Source: Octopus vulgaris (lineage: Eukaryota). Taken from it: DNA of 64,000 nt. Position numbers and translations under genes: made by a program. Positions 1 to 11,496 of this stretch are shown here, piece by piece (position 1 is the first letter of the stretch; every line of letters begins with the position of its first letter). Under the pieces are notes generated by a model, which did no database searches, was not told the origin of the DNA, and worked only from the letters and a program-made list of their open reading frames with translations. The DNA lies in the NCBI GenBank assembly GCA_951406725.2, contig OX597814.1, positions 106,268,001 through 106,332,000 of the forward strand, in the 5' to 3' direction.

Positions 1-512
1 TTCTGAGTTGAAATCCTGCTGGGAACCTCTTTTGATTCTTATCCGTGAAGATTCGGGGAAATTAGTAGCGGTGAAACACCGGATTGATTTATCGATTCCA
101 TTGGTCGATGTCTTCACCATTCTGCGGCTTGCGGCCATTTTGGAACTTATAGCACTCTCTAGAAGTAAAGGTAAAAATAGGTAGTACATTAAACGCAACA
201 GTTTTTAGCAATAAGTGATAACTCAAAGCCCTGAGTTCAAATCTCACCGGGTACGGCTTCACTTTCCTGCGTTCCAGTTTCGAAATATTCCCTGTCGGTA
301 ACACGGGGAATCAATTCTATTGATTGTATTCTTCGGTTATTAGTTTTTGATCTTGAGCCATGAAAAAAGAAATAATAATGTCACTTTCACTCTTTTTCAC
401 TCTCTCTCCGTCTCCTTCTCTCTTTCTCCCTCTCTCTCACTAGTTCACTCTTTCTCTTATTCTTTCCCTGTTTCTCTCTATTTCGTTGTCTTATCTGTTA
501 TTTTAACATTGC

Positions 513-548
<36 letters not shown>

Positions 549-1102
549 CACCTTTGTCTCCTCTCCCCCTCACTCTCTGTAACACCATTTTAGAGAAATC
601 GATTCAGGGTCTGATCAACCCCCGACCAGCTGCTTCCTCCACGGTGAGGGCATCTTCTATCGAAAGCCCCAAAATAACTGATGATCCCAAGTTACAGCGC
701 TGATGATGTCTCTCAGCTCTATGAGAAGAGTTTATTTTATCGCCACACACACACATAGACACACGCACGCACACAAACACACACACGCATACACACGTAT
801 ATCTAATGAATTATGTAGAATCAAAAGAGACTTCATCGTCGACAAATGCCATTGTTTCACTCCGCCATTAACTCGCCCTCCTCTTCTTCCTCCGCATCTG
901 ACCGTCCTCACCTCATTACATCATTCGTCACGTGACTCGCCACATTTCATGCACACTTGCAAACATGAACATCTGCTCAAAAGTGCACACTGTCACTGAC
1001 CAACCACCCAGCCACCCTTACACACGCACACACAAACACACACACATACATACATACATACATACATACATACATACATACATACATACATACATGTATG
1101 TG

Positions 1103-1395
1103 AAGGTGCGTGGCCAAGTGGTTAGGATTTTGCACTCATGATCCCTGGATCATGGGTTCGATTCCCAGGTGGAGCGACGCGATGTGTTCTTTGAGCAAAA
1201 TCCTTCATTTCACATAGCTCCTGCCCACTCAGCCGTGAAAGTGTCACCCCCTGCAACAGACTAGCCTTTTGATCAGGGGGGGGGCGTGTTGGCCTGCTCG
1301 TTCAGCCAGACCAATGGCATAATTCGAAAACTAAATATGATGCAAAGCGCATTGTGACCAACGATATTTAACAATGTCCACGGCCTGATTGATAT
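1103..1395 (+). mobile_element. tRNA-derived SINE (degraded)
   Basis: A box TGGCCAAGTGG and B box GGGTTCGATTCCC, followed by a GTGTTCTTTGAGCAAAA core. Its 3' end matches the copy at 47161-47278. Confidence 0.75.
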
Positions 1396-1454
1396 CATGA
1401 TACAGACACACACACACATATGCACACACACACACACATACACATATATATGTC

Positions 1455-1588
1455 TTTGATTCCAGGTTCAAGCCCACTACGTGGCACCTTGAGTAAGTGT
1501 TTTCTACTATAGCCCCGGGCAGGCCAAAATCTTGTGAGTGGATTTGGTGGGCGGAACTGAAAGAAGCCCGTCGTATATATATATATAT
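1455..1588 (+). mobile_element. 5' half of a microsatellite-containing SINE (split by insertions)
   Basis: Matches the 5' part of the intact copy at 61727-62202 up to GAAAGAAGCCCGTCG(TA)n. Confidence 0.85.
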
Positions 1589-1691
1589 AATCAATCAATA
1601 TAGGGTGGCAAAAAAATTTTGTAGAATTCTTTTGCCACCAGCGGCCTAGTAGGAAAAAATTAAATAGTCATAAACCATTTTTACGTTCAAC

Positions 1692-1904
1692 ATCACAATC
1701 AAGGAACGGCCATAATAGGCCATTCACCCACTAGAAATAACAGCCAAAAGCTTTAACCGCAGAATAACATTAATACCGTAAACCAGGGTAAAGGTTTTTC
1801 AATTTTCTCCTGGTTTACGGTATTAATGTTATTTTGCGGTTAAAGCTTTTGGCTGTTATTTCTAGTGGGTGAATGGCCTATTATGGCCGTTCCTTGATTG
1901 TGAT
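1692..1904. repeat. Near-perfect inverted repeat, 96-bp arms with 21-bp spacer
   Basis: 1692-1787 is the reverse complement of 1809-1904 with one mismatch. Confidence 0.95.
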
Positions 1905-1947
1905 ATATATATATATCGACAAATATATATATGTGATATATATATAT

Positions 1948-2538
1948 ATCGACAAATATGCTACAAATTACGGTAAAGACACCAGAACTCCGAGAAATAG
2001 CATTAAAAGTGGACAACCTCACCAACGCAACATACACCAGAACACGTGGCAACATGAACACCCGTTTCACCACGAATCGAAGACGAACTACGGTAAGAAC
2101 TCTTCCCATTTTGTATGCAAACACCCTAATGCACACAACATGAACAAAAAGCACAAACAAAATAGATATTGTTTTGAACAGACCATTAGCAGTAGAAATA
2201 ACAGGAGATCATTTTCAAGACCTCAACAGAGATTACCCACAAGAAACTGGACAAAAAACCGATCTAGATCTAGAAGTAAACCCAGATCATTTCTCCAGGT
2301 GGTTAAAAACAATGCTAACAAGAAATTGAAAAGTAGCATACATAATACCAAAAACAAGACAGAAAACATAACGAAACCAAGTAAAGTACCACAACCAAAA
2401 CGCAAAATTCATCAAGCAAACATCAACAGGAATATAAATCATAACCAGAAAAAAATCCATTTTTTTACGTCAGGACAACAAACACCGGAGAAAGAAAAAA
2501 TCCAAGAGGAAACATACCCCAAACAACTGAACGTATAG
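1948..2538 (+). CDS. Upstream basic, low-complexity ORF of the PLE (5'-truncated), overlapping the RT frame
   Basis: ORF track 1873..2538. The part before ~1948 runs through flanking inverted-repeat and TA DNA and is probably fortuitous. The remaining ~195 codons are K/R/N/H-rich (RSRSRSKPRS) and overlap the RT frame over 2445-2538. Confidence 0.5.
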   Translation: MDKYATNYGKDTRTPRNSIKSGQPHQRNIHQNTWQHEHPFHHESKTNYGKNSSHFVCKHPNAHNMNKKHKQNRYCFEQTISSRNNRRSFSRPQQRLPTRNWTKNRSRSRSKPRSFLQVVKNNANKKLKSSIHNTKNKTENITKPSKVPQPKRKIHQANINRNINHNQKKIHFFTSGQQTPEKEKIQEETYPKQLNV

Positions 2539-4772
2539 ATCCTAAAATAATTAATTTATCAAAAAGAGATCTTGACAATGATGAAATCCAACTTCTGTCA
2601 AAAGGACTGAAATTCACACCTACACCAACAGCCAACCACCAAGAATTAAAGGAGGATATCCAAAAATTCTGTCGAAAATTACGACTTGTAGAATTCTTCG
2701 CTAACAAAAGTAATGAGATTGATGAATCCCTAGTAAGGAATAAATCAAATTTCACCCCACCAAAAGGAAGAAATAACTACCTTGACCAATACATTGATAT
2801 CCTGTCTAAATTTCCCCTTAGACGCAATACCAATGTTAGGCCAAACATTAGCAAATCAGAGATGTCTGCATGTAAACGTATACAAAACGATCAAACAATA
2901 ATAATTAAACAAGCAGATAAAGGTGGTGCAATTGTTATTATGGATACCGAATACTATAAGGATTTGGTTGAAGACCAACTGAAGGATACAACCTTCTATT
3001 GTGAAATACCCGCAAATATAGACCACCACATCATGAAAAAGATCAACAACCTGATTTCAACACACCACAACTCACTTACGGATAATGAAAAAGACTACAT
3101 CACCAATTTTGAACCAAAACCCAGCAACTTCTACGGCTTACCAAAAATACACAAATCAAAAAACATTCAACAGGCAGTAAAAGAACAAGAAAGTGAGTAC
3201 ATAAAATTATTACATCCAAAAGACCTAAAACTTAGACCTATTATAGCTGGTCCAGCATGCCCTACACACCGTCTAAGCAATTTTATTGACATTGTTTTGA
3301 AACCACTATGTACTTACATACCAAGTTTCATCAGGGATGACATCGACTTCCTGTCCCATCTTCCCAAAACAACAGAAACAAATTCAGTTTTGCTAAGTTT
3401 TGATGTGGTAAGCCTCTACACCAATATTCCACACGATTTAGGAATAAAGGCGATTAAATACTGGTTAGAAAAACATAGAGAAGTGATTCCCAGCAGATTC
3501 ACAGTGCCATTTATATTAGACACAGTCAAACTTATTCTAGAAAATAACACATTCTTCTTCAATGGAAAGAATTACATCCAAATTAGAGGCACGGCGATGG
3601 GAACGAGGTTTGCTCCCGTTTACGCCAACTCTGTAATGGGATACTTAGAAGAACAACTCTACCAAGAGGTGGAGGTAAACTATGGCACTGGATTTAGAAA
3701 GTATATTGAAAAGGCATGGAAGAGATACCTAGACGACTGTTTCATAATCTGGACAGAATCTCTAAATACTCTGGAAGAGTTCAATATCCTCCTGAACAAC
3801 CTACACCCATCTCTCAAATTTACAAAGGAGATGAGTAGTACCAAATTACCATTCCTGGATATAATGGTAATTAAAAAAGACACCACCATCACCACAGATA
3901 TATACTATAAACACACAGACACACATCAATACCTAAATTTTAAGTCGTGCCATCCACCACATACAAAACGTAACATCCCATACTGCCTAGCCAGAAGAAT
4001 TTGTACTATTGTAGAAGATGCAAATATCAGGAACAAACGCCTAATAGAACTAAGAGAATTTTTGCTCAAACAAAAATACCCATCTCTACTTATAGAAAAT
4101 GGCATACAGCGGGCTATAAAAATACCTATACAACAACTTAGGACGACCCAAGGAAGAGGAAAACAAGAACAAGTCATACCATTCATAGTGACACACAACC
4201 CATGTCACCAGAATATCTTCAACATTGCCAAAGCAAACCTTCCAATCATTGCCCAAAGTAATGAATTAAAAGACATAATCAAGGATCGAGCTATGGTGCT
4301 TAGTAAAAGACAGCCTAAAAACTTGAAAACATTACTAACAAAGGCAAAATTTGACCTCAGCAACAAAGACCAAACATTCACGGTATCTAAATGCAATGAT
4401 AGCCGATGTGGCACATGCCAATTCATACATACCGGTCAATATATAAACACAAAAACCGGGAAAATATTCACAAACGCGAATATGAACTGCAAAAGCAGAA
4501 ATTTAATTTACTGCATCAAATGCCCAAATTGTGAAGAAATATATGTAGGTCAGACGGGAAACGCACTATTAGAACGCTCACGTGTACACCGGCAACAGAT
4601 TAGAGACCCAGAGGTCCGTCAGATACCTTTGAGTAACCACCTAGCAACATGTGGTCGGAAAATATATATAATATTTCCATTCTACAAATTACACAGCCCA
4701 AGTGAAATCGAGAGGAAAATCAGAGAAAAGAATTTTATTGATAAATTCGAACCCAAGCTAAATAAGCAATAA
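2445..4772 (+). CDS. PLE reverse transcriptase / GIY-YIG endonuclease polyprotein (open frame 2445-4772; first AUG only at 2862)
   Basis: RT motifs: IKQADKGG, FYGLPKIHK, LRPII, SFDVVSLYTNIP, QIRGTAMG, RYLDDCF, LPFLD. Endonuclease: NLIYCIKCPNCEEIYVGQT...R...H...H (CCHH). Manual translation shows the frame is stop-free back to TAA at 2442-2444 and encodes the PLE N-terminal signature IINLSKRDLDNDEIQLLSKGLKFTP. Confidence 0.93.
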   Translation, partial: PEKNPFFYVRTTNTGERKNPRGNIPQTTERIDPKIINLSKRDLDNDEIQLLSKGLKFTPTPTANHQELKEDIQKFCRKLRLVEFFANKSNEIDESLVRNKSNFTPPKGRNNYLDQYIDILSKFPLRRNTNVRPNISKSEMSACKRIQNDQTIIIKQADKGGAIVIMDTEYYKDLVEDQLKDTTFYCEIPANIDHHIMKKINNLISTHHNSLTDNEKDYITNFEPKPSNFYGLPKIHKSKNIQQAVKEQESEYIKLLHPKDLKLRPIIAGPACPTHRLSNFIDIVLKPLCTYIPSFIRDDIDFLSHLPKTTETNSVLLSFDVVSLYTNIPHDLGIKAIKYWLEKHREVIPSRFTVPFILDTVKLILENNTFFFNGKNYIQIRGTAMGTRFAPVYANSVMGYLEEQLYQEVEVNYGTGFRKYIEKAWKRYLDDCFIIWTESLNTLEEFNILLNNLHPSLKFTKEMSSTKLPFLDIMVIKKDTTITTDIYYKHTDTHQYLNFKSCHPPHTKRNIPYCLARRICTIVEDANIRNKRLIELREFLLKQKYPSLLIENGIQRAIKIPIQQLRTTQGRGKQEQVIPFIVTHNPCHQNIFNIAKANLPIIAQSNELKDIIKDRAMVLSKRQPKNLKTLLTKAKFDLSNKDQTFTVSKCNDSRCGTCQFIHTGQYINTKTGKIFTNANMNCKSRNLIYCIKCPNCEEIYVGQTGNALLERSRVHRQQIRDPEVRQIPLSNHLATCGRKIYIIFPFYKLHSPSEIERKIREKNFIDKFEPKLNKQ

Positions 4773-5087
4773 TAATAATACTTAGAGGTATTACTTCCAC
4801 TGCTACGACCATGACCACTAACAACAACAACAATACTAAAGGTGATCAAGACGAAGATAGCAGGAAAATTATCTTATTTAGGGTTAAAAGTTCTATTGCC
4901 ACCACCATCACCACTAGCAACAATAATTAAGGTGCTGACAATGATGATGATGACAATTGAAATATAAAAATATAAAAATCTCTGACAAAGGATATTTACA
5001 ACATTTCTAAAAATAACCCAACAATTGCTGCTTCGGCCAGGGTCAAGATACAGGACTCTTGACCTGTCCAACAAAGCATGATGCCTA

Positions 5088-5232
5088 AACCAATCAGCTC
5101 AACCAACCAATCAGCTTAAGTAATTGAGTGATACTACACACTGATTGGTCAGAATACAGTTTGCAAAACCTAGCACTCTGGAGCCTACCCAGCTGTATTT
5201 ATAGCACAGAATCACTCATCTTGCTACAGTCA
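5088..5232 (+). promoter_or_regulatory. Putative Pol II promoter in the PLE 3' pseudo-LTR
   Basis: CCAATCAG at 5090 and 5107, reverse CTGATTGG at 5141, TATA-like TATTTATA at 5196-5203, and Inr-like ACAGTC about 30 nt downstream. Confidence 0.55.
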
Positions 5233-5266
5233 AAAATTGTGAAGCATGACTGTCAACACTACTACA

Positions 5267-5311
5267 TGAACCCGAAGATTGCAGAATTCAATGCATGAAA
5301 GTACTAGTTCA
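5267..5311 (+). ncRNA. Minimal type-I hammerhead ribozyme motif (U4C core variant)
   Basis: Stem I TGAAC/GTTCA, core CCGAAGA, stem II TGCA/TGCA, GAAA, palindromic stem III AGTACT, cleavage triplet CUA. Confidence 0.75.
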
Positions 5312-5440
5312 ATCAGAATGAATATTTAACATTCTACTATTTCATTTTATTTTATTCAATTATAATATATTATCTTATAATATATCATTATAAGATTGTA
5401 AATAAAACGTGAAAATCAGACAAGGTTGGAATTCTTTTTA

Positions 5441-5494
<54 letters not shown>

Positions 5495-5499
<5 letters not shown>

Positions 5500-5702
5500 C
5501 CCCTCATCGCCAATCGCTTGACAACCGATGTAGGTGTGTTCACGTCCCCGTAACTTAGCCGTTTTGCAAAAGGGCAAAAGAGACTAATAGAATAAATGCT
5601 AGGCTTACAAAGAATAAGTCCTGGGGTCGATTTGCTAGACTAACGGCGATGCTTCAGCATGGCCGCTGTCAAATCACTGAAACAAGTAAAAGAATAAAAG
5701 AA
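5495..5702 (+). mobile_element. 3' half of the same SINE
   Basis: Matches the 3' part of 61727-62202 (TTGTCCCC...CGCTTGACAACCGATG...GTAAAAGAATAAAAG). Confidence 0.85.
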
Positions 5703-5720
5703 TATATATATATATATATA

Positions 5721-6274
5721 TGAGCAAACCGCCACCCGTCCAATAGACGGTGCTGAGTTGTCAAACATTTAAACCAAATTTTCTCAAAACAACTTGTCCA
5801 ACTGTCCCAGAGGCCTCCTCTTTGAGAAACACTGATTTAACTTAAATTTGAGACACCAGCAAAAGAAGAAATACAGATAGACTTTTTTCTATTCCAAAGA
5901 AAAACGATTTTAGTCACACAAATATGCAACCGAAGAGTTTAAAGTACCAGTAATGGTAAGGCTGTTGACTGGGAGAACACAAACATGGTTTAAACAGTAA
6001 GCTTGGCGGGAAAGAAATATACCTTTAAGCAGTACAAAAACAACAAAAAATGGAAGGTGCTGTTATGTACAGGTTGACGAAAGAAAAGCAGGACAAAAAC
6101 GTCTTTATCGATCGCATTCTCACCCGGAATCTATTTTTGTAATTTTTTCAAGACTTATACACGCCCTGATACCGTCGGTATCTACATATCAAATTTGAGC
6201 GCAATCGGATGGAGGATGCCCGATATCCGAGAAGACACACACAGAGACAGACAGAACGGATTTTATATAAGAGA
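5721..6274 (-). mobile_element. Non-autonomous Helitron-like element
   Basis: The minus strand begins A|TCTCTTATATAAAA followed by a (TCTG)n tract. It ends with a GC hairpin CCGTC-TATTG-GACGG about 12 nt from a degenerate CTAG-like end. Confidence 0.6.
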
Positions 6275-6513
6275 TAACCAGTAAAAACTTACGTACATAT
6301 ACGTATAAGCATAAGAGATAAACACATCGAAGCTAAATCATTTTACCACAGTATTATTATTAATCATATTTTCTTCTGCAAACAAATCGCCAAAACAGAT
6401 AATAAATAATGCACAGTCAACATAGCATGACAACAAGACGATAAGTAACAAGTCACAACAGCAATAGATATCAAGTGTAAGCATAAGCTATGAATATATA
6501 AGACATACAAATA

Positions 6514-7602
<1,089 letters not shown>

Positions 7603-7675
7603 CATACATATATATATTTCATTTCATTTAGTTTCAGCTCACGAGCTGTGGCCATGCTGGGGCACCGCCCTTTAA

Positions 7676-7715
<40 letters not shown>

Positions 7716-7718
7716 GTA

Positions 7719-8430
7719 CGGGGCTGGACAAAATAATGGAAACATCTAGCATCATAAATATCTATAAAACCGTCAAAAGCTTGTTTATTTTTATGGTTTT
7801 CGATTTATTATTGGTGTTTGCTAAAATTGCTGTTTCTTTTCAGGTATCATCAGAAAAAGGTAATTAAAATTCATTAGACTGACAGATCTATCGGACTTTC
7901 AAAGAGGTCAAATTGTTGGTGCTTGTATGACAGGTGCTATCATAACGAAAACAGCTGAAATGTTTGGTGTATCAAGAAGTACTGTCTCGAAGGTAATGAC
8001 AGCCTTTGAACAAGAGGAAAAAGTCCTTGTCGAAACAAAACTCCGGAAGAAAACCAAAACTTTCAGATAGGGACCATCGGACTCTTACGCGAATTGTTAG
8101 AAAGGATCACAAATGGACAGCTCTCAAAATTACTACAGAGCTTAATGACCTCCTCGAGAACCCAGTTTCCATAAACATTGTTCACTGGGAGCTGCACAAA
8201 GCTGGATTTCACAGGAGGGCTGTAATCAGAAAACCACTACTTTCAAAAACAAACGTTCCAAAGCGTTTTGAGTGGAGTAAAAACCCTAACCCTAACCCTG
8301 GAGCAGTGGGAGAATGTTATTTTCTCGAACGTGTCATCCTTTCACTTATTTCTGACCACCAACCGAGTGTACGTGTGGAGACAGCTAAATGAATCATTTG
8401 ACCCAGACTGACTTCTTTCAACTGTTAAAC
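7719..8430 (+). pseudogene. Tc1/mariner transposon remnant (left end plus disrupted transposase)
   Basis: TA followed by a Tc1-like terminus CGGGGCTGGACAAAATAATGGAAACA. Frameshifted pieces translate as DLSDFQRGQIVG...TAEMFGVSRSTVSKV (HTH), SGRKPKLSDRDHR...IRKPLLSK and W.NVIFS...RVYVWR. It is truncated within the DDE domain. Confidence 0.88.
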
Positions 8431-8512
8431 TAGTGAATTCACTAGTCTATACAACTGTGGATATGCTGATTAGTTTTTATATGTTCTGATGACGCTTGGT
8501 CAGAAATATGAA

Positions 8513-8710
8513 GGGTAAGTTTTCCTAGCATTTTCAGATTGTGTGTTTAACTTCCCGGCACATCTCCTAGCCAACAAATCTTAGAACCACCAAAAATGGG
8601 TCACTTAAATGGGTAAGTTTTCCTAGCATTTTCAGATTGTGTGTTTAACTTCCCGGCACATCTCCTCCTAGCCAACAAATCTTAGAACCACCAAAAATGG
8701 GTCACTTAAA
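8513..8710. repeat. Tandem duplication of ~98 bp
   Basis: GGGTAAGTTTTCCTAGC...GGGTCACTTAAA occurs twice, nearly identical (one 3-bp indel). Confidence 0.95.
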
Positions 8711-9219
8711 GTTTAGGCGAATGAAAATTGAACTGCGCTATTTCTGTTCCGAAATTCATCTCGCAAGTGCAAAAATCGATAATGTGTTTTTTTAGGCCTT
8801 ATCCCCAGCATTGAATAGTGAACTTTACTCAGTCAGCATGCGTAAATTGCATGAAAAATAAAAAAAATCAAGATATAAAAACGAATCGCCGTAAACATTT
8901 GGCAAAGAAATGAATTTTCGGAATGTAGCCTGGAGGGTTTTTTCGTATTAATCGTTTGGACTTTGTGAACACATACCAATTGTTTTCATAACATTTTTAA
9001 TGCTTTGAATTAAATGTGACCATTTTGCGTTGAGTCTGCAGTTTGAATCACTTTAACCAAATTTTAGCAGGCCGGATTTTTTATCATCACGAAACATCGC
9101 CAGCGACTCCCTGAAACTCTCCACTGTGTCTGTGTGTGTATCTGTGTGTGTGTCTGTGTGTTTAACTTTTGGATCTACCAAGTTTCATTATTAAAGATGG
9201 AAAGTTAGTGTGTAGCAAA

Positions 9220-9585
9220 TCTATATATATAAAGCTGAAGTTGTCTGTATGTGGCAGGTTTGGTAGCCTTCAAGACCCTGCAACGCAAGTTGACCAAAAT
9301 TGAGAGTATAATAGAAGGCTTGCTCTTCATTCTGTAGAAGATAAAATTCAAATCGGACCATGTTAACACCAAAAATTATTTACATTAAAAAGATGCTTTT
9401 TTTCTATGAAAATCCCTATTTTTTACGATTTTTGACTGTGTGTCACCATTTTTCGGTGTATTTCAACTGGAAAAACGTTCACTTGAAGAGAATAACAACT
9501 TGCATAATGCACAATTTTTACTTTTCAGAAATTCCAATTCTAAAGGGTCGAAACAAACCCAAGCAACACCGGGTGATACTGCTAG
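9220..9585 (+). mobile_element. Non-autonomous Helitron
   Basis: 5' end A|TCTATATATATAAA and 3' end CCC-AAGCAACACC-GGG...CTAG|T, with no TSD. Confidence 0.8.
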
Positions 9586-9712
9586 TTTCTGATAAACATA
9601 ACTATTGAAGACATGCAGTGAACATAAGCGGTGAACATTTCTGATAAACATAACCATTGAAGACATGCAGTGAACATAAACTGTGGACATTTCTGATAAA
9701 CATAACTATTAG
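9586..9712. repeat. 52-bp minisatellite (~2.5 units)
   Basis: TTTCTGATAAACATAAC recurs at 9586, 9638 and 9690. Confidence 0.9.
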
Positions 9713-9851
9713 ACGTAACTAATATAAGTAAACATAAAGTTAAGCAGTCAATAAACATAACCATTAATAAACAATAAACAAAACCGATAAACACTCTAAA
9801 CATAAGCAATAAAAAATAGTAAACTAATAAACGCTGCGCGACTGTGTAATG

Positions 9852-9998
9852 GGCGTCGTTGTATGGCAAGAAATTGGCATCCTAACGACACCGCCCCGGA
9901 TTCAGTCCCACTGCATAGCACCAAGGCCAAGTGTATTTCACTGTACCCACAACACCGGCCAAAATCTTGTGAGTAGATTTGCTAAAAGAAACCTGTTG

Positions 9999-10070
<72 letters not shown>

Positions 10071-10290
10071 CGTGCGTGTGTGTGTGTGTGTACGTGTGTG
10101 TGTGTGTGTGTGTTAGCTCCCCACCACCACCACCACCACCACTTCTTGACCACTGGTTCGGCAAAAAGAGACCGATGTAATCAGTACCAGACTCGAAAAG
10201 TAAAGAAGTCCTGGGGTCGATTCTTTTGACTAAACTCTTCAAGGTCGTGCCCCAGCGTGGCCACAATCCAATGTCTGAAACAAATAAAAA
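9852..10290 (+). mobile_element. Degraded microsatellite-containing SINE
   Basis: Partial similarity to 61727-62202 around an internal (TG)n. Confidence 0.7.
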
Positions 10291-10513
10291 ATGAAGCTGA
10301 TCGGTAACGAACTAACCTGCAAACGAGGTACCTCTTCTCGATAATTTGAAACAGCAGCCAAATTTCACTCATACCACACCCTGGAGTCTGAAAGAAAAAA
10401 ATGACTTATTAGGTAACCTAGTACATTGTATACGTAAAACGATGGGATGGTCACGGGTGGCGTATCTCCTTTCATAGGTCTGCTAAATGACCTGCGGCTA
10501 AACAACAACGGCA

Positions 10514-10889
10514 GTGGAGGCGCAATGGCCCAGTGGTTAGGGCAGCGGACTCGCGGTCGGAGGATCGCGGTTTCGATTCCCAGACCGGCCGTTGTGTGTG
10601 TTTATTGAGCGAAAACACCTAAAGCTTCACGAGGCTCCGGCAGGGAGTGGTGGCGACCCCTGTTGTACTCTTTCGCCACAACTTTCTCTCACTCTTTCTT
10701 CCTGTTTCTTGTCCCCGACTTCCTACGCAACCGCTGAGCATGGATGCGCATTCATCCATCCGTCGATGCTCTCGGTGTGGGGGTTGACCTGCTTTCTCTT
10801 CTGCGGGTCTTACGAATAGCAAAGGACCACGATTCGGACTTCTCCCACTACGGACGATACCGCTTCGCTCAACAAACAAACAAACAAAC
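10514..10889 (+). mobile_element. Young tRNA-derived SINE with (AAAC)n tail and 14-bp TSD
   Basis: A box TGGCCCAGTGG and B box GGTTTCGATTCCC. TSD AAACAACAACGGCA at 10500-10513 and 10890-10903. Confidence 0.9.
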
Positions 10890-11439
10890 AAACAACAACG
10901 GCAACAGAACAACCACAACATGAATATATCAAAAGAAATGGCGGCTATTCAATGATTAAGTTATTATTTTATTTTATTTTTTAGATATAATTGAAGTAAA
11001 ACATCTCCATTAAATGTTAAAATATCTTCATTCACGTCTCGTCTGGTTTGGAAAGGCAAGATGCGGAAGCTGAAGGGAGAGAAGGAAAACCACAACAACA
11101 ACAACAACAAAAACAAATAATCACGTGGAGCACATGACTTGTCGATAGTTTCATGTTTTTACTGGAACTATAAATTAAAGACAAGTATGGTATTACGACA
11201 AGAAAACACCATTTAAATAAGATTTTTCTTTCTCTTCTTTCGTTGATTCCTTAGTTTTTCTTCTTTCATCCATTTCTTTTTTACACTAACACACAAACAA
11301 ACACACACTTAAATATATATATATATATATATGCATATACATATATATATATACACACACACACACAGAATGAAACACACGCACACATAAATATATACAT
11401 GTTGTGTGTGTATGTGTGTGTGTGTGTGTGTGTGCGTGC

Positions 11440-11496
<57 letters not shown>

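Larger units (their letters stand above)
1948..5444 (+). mobile_element. Penelope-like retroelement (EN+ PLE, probably Neptune-type), 5'-truncated, inserted in (TA)n
   Basis: Contains an RT plus C-terminal GIY-YIG ORF with a Cys-rich linker (CNDSRCGTC...C). The 3' non-coding region has a hammerhead motif and AATAAA. (TA)n lies on both sides (~1903-1949 and 5445-5494). No 5' copy of the 3' pseudo-LTR is seen. Confidence 0.93.

Noticed and set aside
594-643. Possible 50-nt exon (TTTTAG|...|GTGAGG)
   Set aside because: The pyrimidine tract is a CT microsatellite, the peptide is unrecognisable and no partner exons were found.
1873-1947. AUG at 1873 as the start of PLE ORF1
   Set aside because: It lies in the flanking inverted repeat and reads through TA repeats, so it is probably a chance in-frame fusion.
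8483-8512. CTGATGA...GAAA hammerhead candidate
   Set aside because: Stems I-III cannot be formed.
9586-9800. CRISPR-like repeat-spacer pattern
   Set aside because: The apparent spacers are themselves repeated, making it a minisatellite in eukaryotic DNA with no cas genes.
10514-10590. tRNA gene candidates (also near 1103, 61727 and 63191)
   Set aside because: They have A and B boxes but no proper acceptor stem, and they continue into SINE bodies with tails or TSDs.
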